NCBI GenBank assembly: GCA_964652625.1
Contig: CAZZEL010000001.1
Coordinates: 23,813-87,812 of the forward strand
Origin: an uncultured Gemmatimonadaceae bacterium
Lineage (GTDB): Bacteria; Gemmatimonadota; Gemmatimonadetes; Longimicrobiales; Gaopeijiaceae
Length of the DNA: 64,000 bases
Direction: 5' to 3'
Position 1 is the stretch's first letter. Each line of letters begins with the position of its first letter. Below are positions 36,201 through 45,814 of this stretch, piece after piece. The notes under the pieces are model-generated. The model worked only from the letters and a program-made list of their open reading frames with translations. It was not told the origin of the DNA and did no database searches. Made by a program: the position numbers and the translations under genes.

Positions 36201-38135
36201 ATGTCCGGCCGCCTGTTGACCTCAGCATCACTGGTTCTGCTCTTCTATGTCCTCTCCCCTTCCCTGGTCTCTGCCCAGGAAATGATGGGAGGGGGATCAC
36301 GGACACAGGAGGATCCCGGGAGCCACCCGGACTGGTACACCCTGGAGGGTTTCCGCCACGGCGTGAACTTCTTTCCCCGGGTCCGGCACCCGGAGACGGA
36401 GTACGAGGCGGGCGAGACCCTGACCTTCGACCGATACCACACCTGGGAGGTCATGTACGAGTGGATGCGCCGGTGGGAGGAGGAGTACCCGGACCTGGTG
36501 GACGTCTACGAGGTGGCCCGCTCCTTCGAGGGCCGGCCCATCCTCCAGGCCACGGTGACGAACGAGGCCACGGGTCCGGCCACGGACAAGCCGGCGGCCT
36601 TCTTCGAGGGAAATCGGCATTCGGGGGAGGTAACGGCTGCCGAGACCACCCTCTGGCTCATGCAGCACGTGCTGGAGAACTACGGGTCCGACCCTGATAT
36701 CACCGAGCTCCTGGACACCCGGGCCATCCATTTCCGGCCCAAGAACAACCCGGACGGAAGCGGCCTCTACCTCCACACGGCCCAGTCGAACCGGAGCACG
36801 AACCGGCCCACGGACAATGACGGAGACGAGCTCCTGGACGAGGACCCCGCCGACGACCTGGACGGGGACGGCATCATCCTCCGCATCCGCTTCCGCCCCC
36901 GGCCCGGGACGGACGACGAGGCCACCATGGTCACCGACGAGCGGGACCCCACGGGCCGGGCCCTGCGCCGGGCCGAGGAGGGGGAGGAGGCCGAGTGGGT
37001 CGTGATGCGGGAGGGCCTGGACAACGACGGGGACGGCCGGGTGAACGAGGACGGCGTGGGAGGGCTGGACCTGCACCGGAACTACGCGGAAAACTGGCGC
37101 CCCATGCCGGGGCGGGACCGGACGGGACGGGGCTACACCCAGCGGGGGGCCGGAGCCTATCCCCTGAGCGAGATCGAGACCCGCTCGGTGGTCCTCTTCC
37201 TCCTGGAGAACCCCAACGTCTCCGTGGTCAACACCATGGATACCCGGGTCCCCATGCACCTCAGGGCCCCCTCGACCTCACCGGGGCCGGAGCGGATGTA
37301 TCCCGAGGACCTGGCCTACTACGAGTACTTCGACTCCCTGGGGATGAGCATCACCGGCTACCCCTGGGCCGGGGACACCTACCACGACTACCGGTACCGG
37401 AACCGGGAAGGGGATCCCATGGCCGGAAGCCCCCTCTTCGGGCACAGTCCGGACTTCGGGTACTGGTACTACGGTTCCATCTGGTACGGGGACGAGCTCT
37501 GGGACGGTGGGGAGTTCGGGGACCTGAACGGGGACGGGGAGGAAGACGAGCTGGATGCCCTCCTGTGGGACGACCAGGAGAACGGCGGACAGGCCTTCAA
37601 GGAATGGACGGCCTTCGACCATCCCGTCTACGGCCCCGTGGAGATCGGCGGCTGGCATCCCAAGTTCTTCCGCCAGAATCCCCCCCCGGTGCTCCTGGAG
37701 CGCTGGGCCGCCAACCAGGGGCTCTTCAATCTGGCCATGGCCCAACACCTCCCCCTCCTGGAGATGGAAGAGGTGGACGTCCGTGAAGTGGAGGAGGAAG
37801 ACGGCGTGAGGACGTACGAGGTCACGGCCCGGTGGCGGAACGCCGGCGGCCTCCCCACGGCCCTCCGCCAGGCTCGTCTGGTGAAGATCGTCCGGGAGGA
37901 CCGGGCGGTCCTGCAGTTCCCCGAGAACCTGACAGAGGGAGACGAGCCCGGAGTGGAGATCGTGGAGCCCGAAAGGGGAGGGAGTGTGGAGGTAGGCTGG
38001 CTCGACCCCGGGGAATCGTCGGAAGCCACCTTCCGTGTCCAGATCCGGGAGGACGGGCCCGTGGAAGGGACCCTCAGGGTTCTCTCCACCCGGGGCGGCG
38101 TGCTGGAAGAGACGGTGACCCTGGGTAGGTCCTGA
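36201..38135 (+). CDS. Exported M14-family metallocarboxypeptidase (paralog e) with Asp-rich insert
   Basis: Signal peptide ...LVSAQE. GNRHSGE (HxxE), NPDG, DLHRNY. Same overall layout and C-terminal domain as paralogs a and b. Confidence 0.8.
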   Translation: MSGRLLTSASLVLLFYVLSPSLVSAQEMMGGGSRTQEDPGSHPDWYTLEGFRHGVNFFPRVRHPETEYEAGETLTFDRYHTWEVMYEWMRRWEEEYPDLVDVYEVARSFEGRPILQATVTNEATGPATDKPAAFFEGNRHSGEVTAAETTLWLMQHVLENYGSDPDITELLDTRAIHFRPKNNPDGSGLYLHTAQSNRSTNRPTDNDGDELLDEDPADDLDGDGIILRIRFRPRPGTDDEATMVTDERDPTGRALRRAEEGEEAEWVVMREGLDNDGDGRVNEDGVGGLDLHRNYAENWRPMPGRDRTGRGYTQRGAGAYPLSEIETRSVVLFLLENPNVSVVNTMDTRVPMHLRAPSTSPGPERMYPEDLAYYEYFDSLGMSITGYPWAGDTYHDYRYRNREGDPMAGSPLFGHSPDFGYWYYGSIWYGDELWDGGEFGDLNGDGEEDELDALLWDDQENGGQAFKEWTAFDHPVYGPVEIGGWHPKFFRQNPPPVLLERWAANQGLFNLAMAQHLPLLEMEEVDVREVEEEDGVRTYEVTARWRNAGGLPTALRQARLVKIVREDRAVLQFPENLTEGDEPGVEIVEPERGGSVEVGWLDPGESSEATFRVQIREDGPVEGTLRVLSTRGGVLEETVTLGRS

Positions 38136-38143
38136 TCAGTTCA

Positions 38144-40396
38144 TCAGAACCGCTTCAGGTACGTGAGCTTCACCACCATGGCCCGCTGGGAGAGCCGCCA
38201 GGGATCGCTCCAATCCCTGTCTCCCCGCTCCTCGGTGAGGACCAGGAAGAGATCGCTCCCGGGACGGTGGATGAAGCTCATCCGGAGGTTCGTGCTCACG
38301 GCCTCATCCAGGGAGTTGTACTGGAGTAGGAGATTCGTGGTAAGGCGGGTGGAGAAGGAGTAGCTGGCCCGCAGAGACATGAGGTCCGCGGTGAACGAGC
38401 CGGAGGGAATGTCCACCCGGTTCCGGTTGAACCCCAGAGCCAGGGCCACCTGGGGGCTCGGAGCGGCGTTCAGGGTCCCTTCCAGGGAAACCAGGTCCCC
38501 CCCGTAGAAGCGGGCGGCCCTTGCGCTGCCTTCGAAGGAGAGGGCCCGGGACGGATCCGTGCTCCCCCGCAGCATGACACTCCCGGCGTCGTAGCTCCCC
38601 GGGGCCACCACCAGGGTATCGGCCAGATCGAACTCCTCGTCCGGGCGATTCTCCCCGGGCCGGGCCATGAGGGTGAGGCCGGCCCCCGATTCGAACTCTG
38701 TTCTGAGGATGGGACCCGCTTCCCAGTCCTGCAGGGCGCCGCCCATGCTCGTGAACAGATTCCCCCCCAACATCAGGTCGATCTTTCGCACCAGGCCCCA
38801 GCGGGGCCGGAAGCTCCTTCGGGCGTAGGCGTCCGTCCTCCGGACGTCCTCTCGTTCGATGAAACCGGCCCGGGCCTCGGTGTCGGCCCCGATGGCGATG
38901 TGCCGCAGCATTGAGCCCCACCGGTCCGTGGAGAGATCGGCCGCGAAGGAATAGGCCACGTCGTCTCCGCCGGCGCCCTTCGTGAACGTGCGGGCCAACC
39001 ACCCCTGGACGTTGAAGCTCGGGGTCAGGTAGAAGCCCCCGTCGGCGCCCACGACGGTATTCCAGTCATTTCCGCTGCGGCGATCCGTGGCCATGAGACC
39101 CAGGTAATTGTTCTCTCCCACATCCCGCTTCACCCGGACCACGGAGAAGCTCTCTCGCTCCACCAGGCCTTCCACATCGTCGGTGACCACGTTCAAGAGG
39201 CCCACGGTCTGGCCGCCGACGCGTCCCGTGAGGCGACCTCCGGCCAGGAGTGGCACCACCTCGTCTTCGTCCTCCTCGATTCCGATCCGTCGAGAGAAGA
39301 ACATCTGGAAGGGAGGCGGCTCCCAGGGGTTCGCCGTCACGCCGAAGCGGAAGATGCCGGAGTTCTCCAGGAAGAAGTCCCTCTTCTCCGGGAAGAAGAG
39401 CCCGAAACGGGTCAGGTTCACCTGCTGGTCGTCCACCTCCACCTGGGCGAAGTCCGTGTTCAGGGTCAGGTCCATGACGAGCCCCGGCCGGACTTCCGTC
39501 TTCAGGTCCAGACCAACCTCCGCATCGCCGTTCCGGGGCAGGGTCCCGTCCACCTCCCGCTCCTGTCGCATCCCCCCCAGGACGTAGGGCTTCACCTCCA
39601 GGTTCAAGCCTGGAGAAGGAAGCTCCTGGAGACCTTCCAACCCCCCGGCGAGACTCACTCGGTGGAATCCCCCGCTATCCCGGGACCAGCCCTGCCAGAA
39701 CACCTTCTCGTTCTTCCGCCGGATGATGCGGTAGACGTTGAACCCCCACGCCCTTCCGGGCTCATTCGGGTAGCGGAGCGTCCGGAGTGGGATCCGAAGC
39801 TCGGCGGACCAGCCCCGGTCGGTCCGGGTACCGGCCACTTCCCACACGCCCCGCCAATCCACGTTGAACTCCTTCCCCTCGTCGGCCAGGAGGGCCTCGA
39901 ACTCCGCCCCGTTGGGATTCGTGGCGAAGACGTAGGCGTTCCTGTTGTCGTCGAAGGGGTCCAGGAGGATGGCCACCGCGTCGTCACCGGCGAAGACGGG
40001 ACGCTGGTCGAAGCCGTCGGCCCGCATGATCCGGTCCCGCTGGAGGATGCGGTGGACGATCCGCTCCGGCTCCGAGTCCAGGGCCTGGATACCTACGTAG
40101 AGGTGCCGGGAGTCGTAGAGGACCCGCACTCGGGTCGTCTCCGAGGCGGGGCGGCCCTCCCGGGGCTCCTGCTGGGTGAAACGGTCCAGGACCGGAGCCT
40201 CACTCCAGGAAGCCTCCGTGAGGAGGCCGTCAAGCCGGAAGACCTCCGTTTCTCCGGGAGAGATGCGGTGGGCACGGAGGGTGGCGCTCTCCACCGCTTC
40301 TTGCGCCCGCACCGAACCGTGGCACGAGAGGGGAAAGGAGAGAATGAAGAGAAGGACCAGGAACCGGATAATCCGCTCTCCGGAAGGTTCGGTCAC
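38144..40396 (-). CDS. CBM9-like / DUF5916 domain outer-membrane protein (copy 2)
   Basis: GTG start at 40396. Signal peptide. CBM9-like N-terminus (LDGLLTEASWSEA...FTQQEP...DDAVAILLDPFDDNRNAYVFATNPNG). Long beta-rich region ending in the OMP-like terminal residues YLKRF. Confidence 0.8.
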   Translation of the reverse strand: MTEPSGERIIRFLVLLFILSFPLSCHGSVRAQEAVESATLRAHRISPGETEVFRLDGLLTEASWSEAPVLDRFTQQEPREGRPASETTRVRVLYDSRHLYVGIQALDSEPERIVHRILQRDRIMRADGFDQRPVFAGDDAVAILLDPFDDNRNAYVFATNPNGAEFEALLADEGKEFNVDWRGVWEVAGTRTDRGWSAELRIPLRTLRYPNEPGRAWGFNVYRIIRRKNEKVFWQGWSRDSGGFHRVSLAGGLEGLQELPSPGLNLEVKPYVLGGMRQEREVDGTLPRNGDAEVGLDLKTEVRPGLVMDLTLNTDFAQVEVDDQQVNLTRFGLFFPEKRDFFLENSGIFRFGVTANPWEPPPFQMFFSRRIGIEEDEDEVVPLLAGGRLTGRVGGQTVGLLNVVTDDVEGLVERESFSVVRVKRDVGENNYLGLMATDRRSGNDWNTVVGADGGFYLTPSFNVQGWLARTFTKGAGGDDVAYSFAADLSTDRWGSMLRHIAIGADTEARAGFIEREDVRRTDAYARRSFRPRWGLVRKIDLMLGGNLFTSMGGALQDWEAGPILRTEFESGAGLTLMARPGENRPDEEFDLADTLVVAPGSYDAGSVMLRGSTDPSRALSFEGSARAARFYGGDLVSLEGTLNAAPSPQVALALGFNRNRVDIPSGSFTADLMSLRASYSFSTRLTTNLLLQYNSLDEAVSTNLRMSFIHRPGSDLFLVLTEERGDRDWSDPWRLSQRAMVVKLTYLKRF

Positions 40397-40614
40397 CGAA
40401 AGCTCCCATCAACGCATGGCCAATATCATCGCCCGGCCGTCCGATGTCACGTCCTCGTCAGAATGCCGGCATCTCCCGACGCCGGCCGGGACAACAGGAT
40501 CCACAGCCACCGTCCGCCTGGCTCTCACCCCGGTTCCGGCCCATCTTCTCAGGGCATCCACTTCGCTCCCACGCCTCGGCCACCGACACGCCCCGGCAGA
40601 CAACCCCGCGCACC

Positions 40615-42438
40615 ATGATGAAAGCTCGCTCCCTTCCCGGTCTCGCAGCCGTCGTCCTTATCGCCTCGTTCCCGTCGTTCCCCCTTGCTGCCGCCAGCGG
40701 CAAGGGGGCCGTTGTTGCTCCCCAGGAGACCCGAGTCCTCCGTCTCCGTGAGGTGGTGGAGCGGGAGATCGGGCCGGAGGAGACCCACGCCTACACCCTG
40801 GAGGTGGACGCCCACCACTTCGTTCTCCTGGCGGTGGAGCAGCAGGGCGCCGACGTCCAGACCCGGGTGCTGGATCCCTCCGGGAGGCTCCTGGAGACCT
40901 TCGACAGCCCCGGGGGACGGTATGGCGGTGACCCGGTGGTCGTCACCACCACCGAGGCGGGCACCTACCGTTTCGAGGTGAGTCGGGCCGCCGGGGATGA
41001 GACGGAGGAGCCTCACTATGCCCTGAGCCTTCAGCGGTTGGAGCCGGTGGCCGCCTCGCCCCAGGGCCGGGTGGACCAGCTCCTGAGCGCCTGGGACCGG
41101 CCCCGGGAGCCCGGCCTTGTGGCGGCCGTGGTGTCCGGGGGGGAGGTCGTCTACGTCCGGGCCCTGGGCCAGGCCTCCCTGGAGCACGATCTTCCCAACA
41201 TTCCCTACACGGTCTTCGACATCGGGTCCGTATCGAAGGAGCTCACCGACTTTGCCATCGTGCTCCTGGCTCAGGAGGGGCGACTCTCCCTGGACGACGA
41301 CATCCGCACCCACCTGCCGGAGGTCCCGGACTTCGGCACCCCCATCCGCATCCGGCACCTGATTCACCACACCAGCGGGCTTCGGGAGATCTACAACGCC
41401 TTCTCCATGGCCGGCTCCCGGAGCGGAGACGCTCTTCTCCAGGAGGACGCTCTCCGCCTGGTCACCCACCTGGAGGAGCTCAACTTCCAGCCGGGGTCCG
41501 ACTACCTCTACTGCAACACCGGCTACATGCTCCTGGCTGACATCGTGGCCAGGGTGACGGACCGGCCCTTCCCGGAGTGGATGGGCGAGAACGTCTTCGA
41601 GCCCCTGGGGATGGCGAACACCACCATCATGGCGAAGCAGGGGCAGGTCATTCCCCGGGCCGCATACTCCTACGGCCCCGACGGCCAGGGCGGCTGGATC
41701 CAGATCTTCGACAACAGCACGGTCCAGGGAGCCGGGGGCGTCTACACCACCGTCACGGACCTGGCCCGGTGGATCGGGAACTTCTCCGAGCCCCACCTGG
41801 GCGGCCCGGACGCCATTCTGCAGATGCAGGAGCGGGGCGTCCTCACCACGGGAGACACCCTGGACTACGCCTTCGGCCTGCGCATCGATGAGCACCGGGG
41901 GCTCCGGCGCATCGGCCACACGGGGTCCAGCGCCGGCTACCGGACCTCTCTGGCCTACTACCCGGAGGTGGACGTGGGCATCGTGGTGGTGAGCAACTAC
42001 GCCAGCCGGGACCCGTCCATGGGGAATCGTCTGGCGGAGGCGTACCTGGCCCCGGAGATGGAGCCCGAGGAGGGGGGGCAGGAGGAAGCCGACGAGGAGG
42101 AAAGGGAGGAAGAGGAGGAGAAAGAGGGGGAGGAGGCCTGGTCCCCGACCTCCCAGGAGCTGGAGGAGTACGCCGGCCGGTATGTGAGCCCGGAGCTGGA
42201 GACCATCTACACCCTCTCCGTGGAGGATGAGACCCTCATGGGCCGACACTTCCGCCACGGCTCCTTCCGGCTCCGGCCCCACGCTCCGGACGAGTTCCGG
42301 GGGCCCGGGTACTTCACCCGGGTCCGCTTCCATCGGGGCGGGGAAGGGACAGTCACCGGGCTTCGGGTCTCCAACGGCCGGGTGAGAGATCTCTGGTTCG
42401 AGAAGAGGGAATCGTCTCCCCGGGTCCCCGGATCATGA
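40615..42438 (+). CDS. Exported serine hydrolase (beta-lactamase / PBP fold) with an N-terminal PPC-like domain and a C-terminal DUF3471-like domain
   Basis: ATG at 40615. Signal peptide. Pre-peptidase-C-terminal-like segment (HAYTLEVDAHHFVLLAVEQQGADVQTRVLDPSGRLL...GTYRFEV). SxxK active site in FDIGSVSKELT, followed by YCNTGY. Confidence 0.85.
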   Translation: MMKARSLPGLAAVVLIASFPSFPLAAASGKGAVVAPQETRVLRLREVVEREIGPEETHAYTLEVDAHHFVLLAVEQQGADVQTRVLDPSGRLLETFDSPGGRYGGDPVVVTTTEAGTYRFEVSRAAGDETEEPHYALSLQRLEPVAASPQGRVDQLLSAWDRPREPGLVAAVVSGGEVVYVRALGQASLEHDLPNIPYTVFDIGSVSKELTDFAIVLLAQEGRLSLDDDIRTHLPEVPDFGTPIRIRHLIHHTSGLREIYNAFSMAGSRSGDALLQEDALRLVTHLEELNFQPGSDYLYCNTGYMLLADIVARVTDRPFPEWMGENVFEPLGMANTTIMAKQGQVIPRAAYSYGPDGQGGWIQIFDNSTVQGAGGVYTTVTDLARWIGNFSEPHLGGPDAILQMQERGVLTTGDTLDYAFGLRIDEHRGLRRIGHTGSSAGYRTSLAYYPEVDVGIVVVSNYASRDPSMGNRLAEAYLAPEMEPEEGGQEEADEEEREEEEEKEGEEAWSPTSQELEEYAGRYVSPELETIYTLSVEDETLMGRHFRHGSFRLRPHAPDEFRGPGYFTRVRFHRGGEGTVTGLRVSNGRVRDLWFEKRESSPRVPGS

Positions 42439-43098
42439 CGGTCCCGAGACATCCGCCGAGTCCACGATCTCCACTCCCACCCGCGTCAGATCCTCCCGGA
42501 CCCGGTCGTCGGCACCGGCGTCCACGGGCCGGGTGAGGTCCCAGAGGAACAAGGTCCGGAAGCCGGCGGCTGCGGCGTCCTCGGCGGTCCACTTCACGCA
42601 GACGTCCCGGGCCAGGCCGCAGACCATGACCGTCTCGACGCCCCGCTCCTTCAGGTAGCCCTGCAGACCCGTGGTGGGGCGCTCTCCCTCCTGATTCCAG
42701 TTGTTCCGGAACCCGCTGTAGGAGTCCGAGCCAGGGTCGGTCCCCTTCCGGATGATGGCGTTCACGGGCCTCCAGTCCATCCGGGGATGGAGCTCGGCAC
42801 CCGGAGTCCCCTGTACGCAGTGGTCCGGCCAGAGGACCTGCTCGTGGCCATGGAGCTGGATGACGTCCATGGGCTCATGTCCGTCGTGACTGCTGACGAA
42901 GGAGACGTGGCCCGGGGGATGCCAGTCCTGGGTGGCAACGCAGAGGCCCGGGGCCAGGGTGGCCGTGAGATCCCGGATGGGTTCCACGAGGGTGTCGCCC
43001 TCCTCCACCGGCAGAGCCCCTCCGGGCATGAAGTCCGGTTGCAGGTCCACGATGATCAGGGCGGCCTTCTTCGGATCGTAGGGCTTGGGCTGGGTCAT
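42433..43098 (-). CDS. pncA: Nicotinamidase / pyrazinamidase (isochorismatase family)
   Basis: ALIIVDLQPDF, metal site QDWHPPGHVSF, IIRKG lysine, catalytic Cys in VMVCGLARDVCV. Confidence 0.85.
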   Translation of the reverse strand: MTQPKPYDPKKAALIIVDLQPDFMPGGALPVEEGDTLVEPIRDLTATLAPGLCVATQDWHPPGHVSFVSSHDGHEPMDVIQLHGHEQVLWPDHCVQGTPGAELHPRMDWRPVNAIIRKGTDPGSDSYSGFRNNWNQEGERPTTGLQGYLKERGVETVMVCGLARDVCVKWTAEDAAAAGFRTLFLWDLTRPVDAGADDRVREDLTRVGVEIVDSADVSGPS

Positions 43099-43889
43099 GG
43101 TGCACCTCGCGTGTTCGGGTAGGGCTCCCCGTTTACCAGGAGCGCCACCCGTTCGTGATAGAAGGCGATGCGCCCGGCAATCCTGCTCAGGCCCTCAAGG
43201 GGGAAATCATAGCACCAGGCCAGCTCCTGGTCTTTCTTTCCCGGTTCCTCCCCCAGATCCCCGGCGGACCAGTACGCCGACGTTCGCCCCTTGTAGGGGC
43301 ATTCGGTCCTGGTGTCGCTGGGCTGGAGGAGGTGGGTCCTGACGTCCACCTTGGGAAGGTAGTACCGGACGGGAAGCCCTGTTTCCATGAGCATGACGGG
43401 ACGTCTGGACTCGGCCACGGTCACGTCTCCCACCCGGACCTCCACGTGCCGGGAGCTCTCCAGCACATCGATGCGGTGGTAGGGGTCCCGGGGATGGACG
43501 AAGACCTCCTCGTCCTCCTCGAACCACCGGTCCATCCCGGTCCACCGGAAGGACAGGAGGCCCGAGATATCCGGGATATCCTCCGGGGGATCGTGGTAGT
43601 TCCAGGCGGCATTCTCCGCCACCTTCTCCCCGACCCGGACGGTCCAGTAGCGAGCTTCCCCACGGACGGGACAGTGCGTCGTGTGGTCCGTGGGCTCCAG
43701 AAGCTCGTCCCCCACATCCTCCCGGGGGAAGTAGTAGGCGGGGAGGCTACCCCTCTGGTGGATGAGCCGGACCCGTCGGCTGTCCACTACCGTCTTCCCT
43801 GCCAGGCAAGCCCTCACCCTCTTGGGAGAGGACTCCACAACGAGGTCCGGCGCGTCGCCCGCCAAACGATGAAACGCGCCGGAGGTCAT
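43095..43889 (-). CDS. Tandem DUF427 domain protein
   Basis: ATG at 43889. Two DUF427 units, each with the YYFP/YYLP ... C-P-x-[KR]-G ... A-W-x-Y pattern (HCPVRGEARYW, ECPYKGRTSAYW). The stop overlaps the pncA ATG (ATGA). Confidence 0.75.
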   Translation of the reverse strand: MTSGAFHRLAGDAPDLVVESSPKRVRACLAGKTVVDSRRVRLIHQRGSLPAYYFPREDVGDELLEPTDHTTHCPVRGEARYWTVRVGEKVAENAAWNYHDPPEDIPDISGLLSFRWTGMDRWFEEDEEVFVHPRDPYHRIDVLESSRHVEVRVGDVTVAESRRPVMLMETGLPVRYYLPKVDVRTHLLQPSDTRTECPYKGRTSAYWSAGDLGEEPGKKDQELAWCYDFPLEGLSRIAGRIAFYHERVALLVNGEPYPNTRGAP

Positions 43890-44004
43890 CCCACCCTTCC
43901 CGTCTCGTCCCACTCTGATCCTCCTCCGGTTTTCCTGGAGAGTGCCATCCGAACCCACAGAGAAGAGTATCACCGGGGAGGAGAAACAGGTCCCGGAAAA
44001 GTTC

Positions 44005-45237
44005 CTACCCCACCGGCTCCTCCTGGGCGGCCACCGTCACCTCCAGGGGGATCTCCACCATCAGGGGAGAACCGGGTGCCGTAAGGAGGTTCTCCACCCG
44101 GTACCGGAGCCTGAGAGGGAGGGTGCCGGCCTCCCCCTGGTCCCGACTTCGAAGGGTGAGCCGACCGATGCGACGAGCCGGCACCACCACGGCGCCGGAA
44201 GCCTCGATCCCCCTGCCCCCCTCCACGGCCTGCCAGCCTCCGTCGGTGCCGTCCGCAGGGGCCAGCCGCAGATCCACGTCGCTGTGGTTGCGGATCTGGA
44301 GGGAGACCGCACCCTCTGGCGGCAGCGTGATTTCGGGGTCCAGGATCGTGATGGACTCCCGGAAGAGGGGCTGGAGGAGCTCTTCCTTCCCGTAGAGCAT
44401 GTGCCCCGAATACACTACGGTTCTTCCGGCGAACAGAGCCTCCCTCACTCCCTCCGCCGACCGCTCCCTGACGAAGAGGAGGGTCATGGGCCGGTGGCCC
44501 TCGGGGCCGTAGCCGTAGGAGTAGTGAGAGGGGCCGTGGAGGTCCGATGTGCCCACGGCGGTGAGTCCCTTCCCATTACACCAATCGTGGGCGTTGTCAT
44601 AGTACCGGCCTCCGTTCACCACCTCCACGCCATGGATGTAGCCGTGGGCCTCCAGGCGCTGGAACTCCTCCTTCCACTCATGGGAGTTCCACCCTTCGGA
44701 GGGATGGTTGAGAAAGACGAATCCGCCCTGGGCCACGGCCGCTTCGATGGCCTGGAAGTAGTCCTTGCCCACCACGTTTCCCACCTCCTCCAGGAAGAGG
44801 GCGTTGAAATGGCCCACCCGGTCCGGATCCTGGAAGCGGGTGATCTCGGTTCCGTTGATGAGGATCAGGCCCAGGTTCTTCGCGGCCTGCCGGGCCATTC
44901 GGTAGGGGGTGTTCTTGTCGCCCACCACGTGCTCCGGATCCATGGTGTCGTGGTCCGTGATGGACACCACGTCCAGCCCCTCCCGCCAGGCTTCGGTGAT
45001 CCGGGTCCCAGGGAGGACCTGCCCGTCGGAGAAGATGGTGTGCACGTGGAAGTCGGCCCGGAGGGTCTCATAGCCCGGGATGTCCGGAATCGCCACGTGC
45101 TTCCGGCCCTCCTGGCCACCGGCCCCAAAGGGACCGTCCAGGACCAGGGGAGAAGCCAGGAGCCCGGCGAGTACCAGAAGGAGGGGGACCCGCCACCTGG
45201 CCGACGATCCGTTCCGGTTCCAGCGAATTCTCCTCAT
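44005..45237 (-). CDS. Exported PHP-domain metallophosphoesterase (Sb-PDE-like)
   Basis: ATG at 45237 preceded by AGGAGG. Signal peptide. PHP motifs ADFHVHTIFSDG, ITDHD, HFNALF and NHP. C-terminal beta-sandwich-like tail. Confidence 0.7.
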   Translation of the reverse strand: MRRIRWNRNGSSARWRVPLLLVLAGLLASPLVLDGPFGAGGQEGRKHVAIPDIPGYETLRADFHVHTIFSDGQVLPGTRITEAWREGLDVVSITDHDTMDPEHVVGDKNTPYRMARQAAKNLGLILINGTEITRFQDPDRVGHFNALFLEEVGNVVGKDYFQAIEAAVAQGGFVFLNHPSEGWNSHEWKEEFQRLEAHGYIHGVEVVNGGRYYDNAHDWCNGKGLTAVGTSDLHGPSHYSYGYGPEGHRPMTLLFVRERSAEGVREALFAGRTVVYSGHMLYGKEELLQPLFRESITILDPEITLPPEGAVSLQIRNHSDVDLRLAPADGTDGGWQAVEGGRGIEASGAVVVPARRIGRLTLRSRDQGEAGTLPLRLRYRVENLLTAPGSPLMVEIPLEVTVAAQEEPVG

Positions 45238-45445
45238 CTGACTACCTCCTGGGAAGGGGGAGCTTCTGCGGGACCGCCCGGCTTGGGGACGGGCTGGCCT
45301 CGGAGTTGGCGGGCCCGGGGGTCGGCGGAGAAGCCTGCGGACCCCTGGTCCCGGAGTGGGGACACCATGGGACCGCTGCGTAACAGAGGGTCGGAGGGTA
45401 CGTCTCAAATCGGTGAAAGGGGCCGGGATGGAATCCGGCAGAAGC

Positions 45446-45814
45446 TCACTTCTCCAGGGCCTTGCGAACGACTTCCTCCAGCTCCCGGGGAGGGAAGGGC
45501 TTCTCCAGGACGTCGATGGCCCCGAGAGTGGACATGGTACGAAGGGCCTTGTCCTTCGGAAGTCGGCCCCCTCCGGACATGGCGACGATCTTGGCTCTGG
45601 GGAAGAGCTGGTGGAGCCGGATCAGGAACTCCACCCCGTCCATCTCCGGCATGTAGATGTCGCTGATCACCAGGTCGAAGGGGGTCTCTTCAAACTGACG
45701 GAGGGCGCTCTTGCCGTCGGAGGCTTGGGAAACCGAGTGTCCCTGCCGCTCGAGCATGGTTCGAACGGTTCTGAGCAGGGAAGGCTCGTCGTCTACAATG
45801 AGGATATTGGCCAT
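45446..45814 (-). CDS. Stand-alone response-regulator receiver protein
   Basis: MANILIVDDEPS..., phospho-acceptor context LVISDIYMPEMDG, IVAMSGG, EKP lysine. Confidence 0.85.
   Translation of the reverse strand: MANILIVDDEPSLLRTVRTMLERQGHSVSQASDGKSALRQFEETPFDLVISDIYMPEMDGVEFLIRLHQLFPRAKIVAMSGGGRLPKDKALRTMSTLGAIDVLEKPFPPRELEEVVRKALEK

Noticed and set aside
42067-42138. GAG/GAA-rich repetitive tract
   Set aside because: It is in frame within the serine hydrolase gene, where it forms a poly-Glu linker. It is not a CRISPR, a microsatellite of regulatory type or a separate element.
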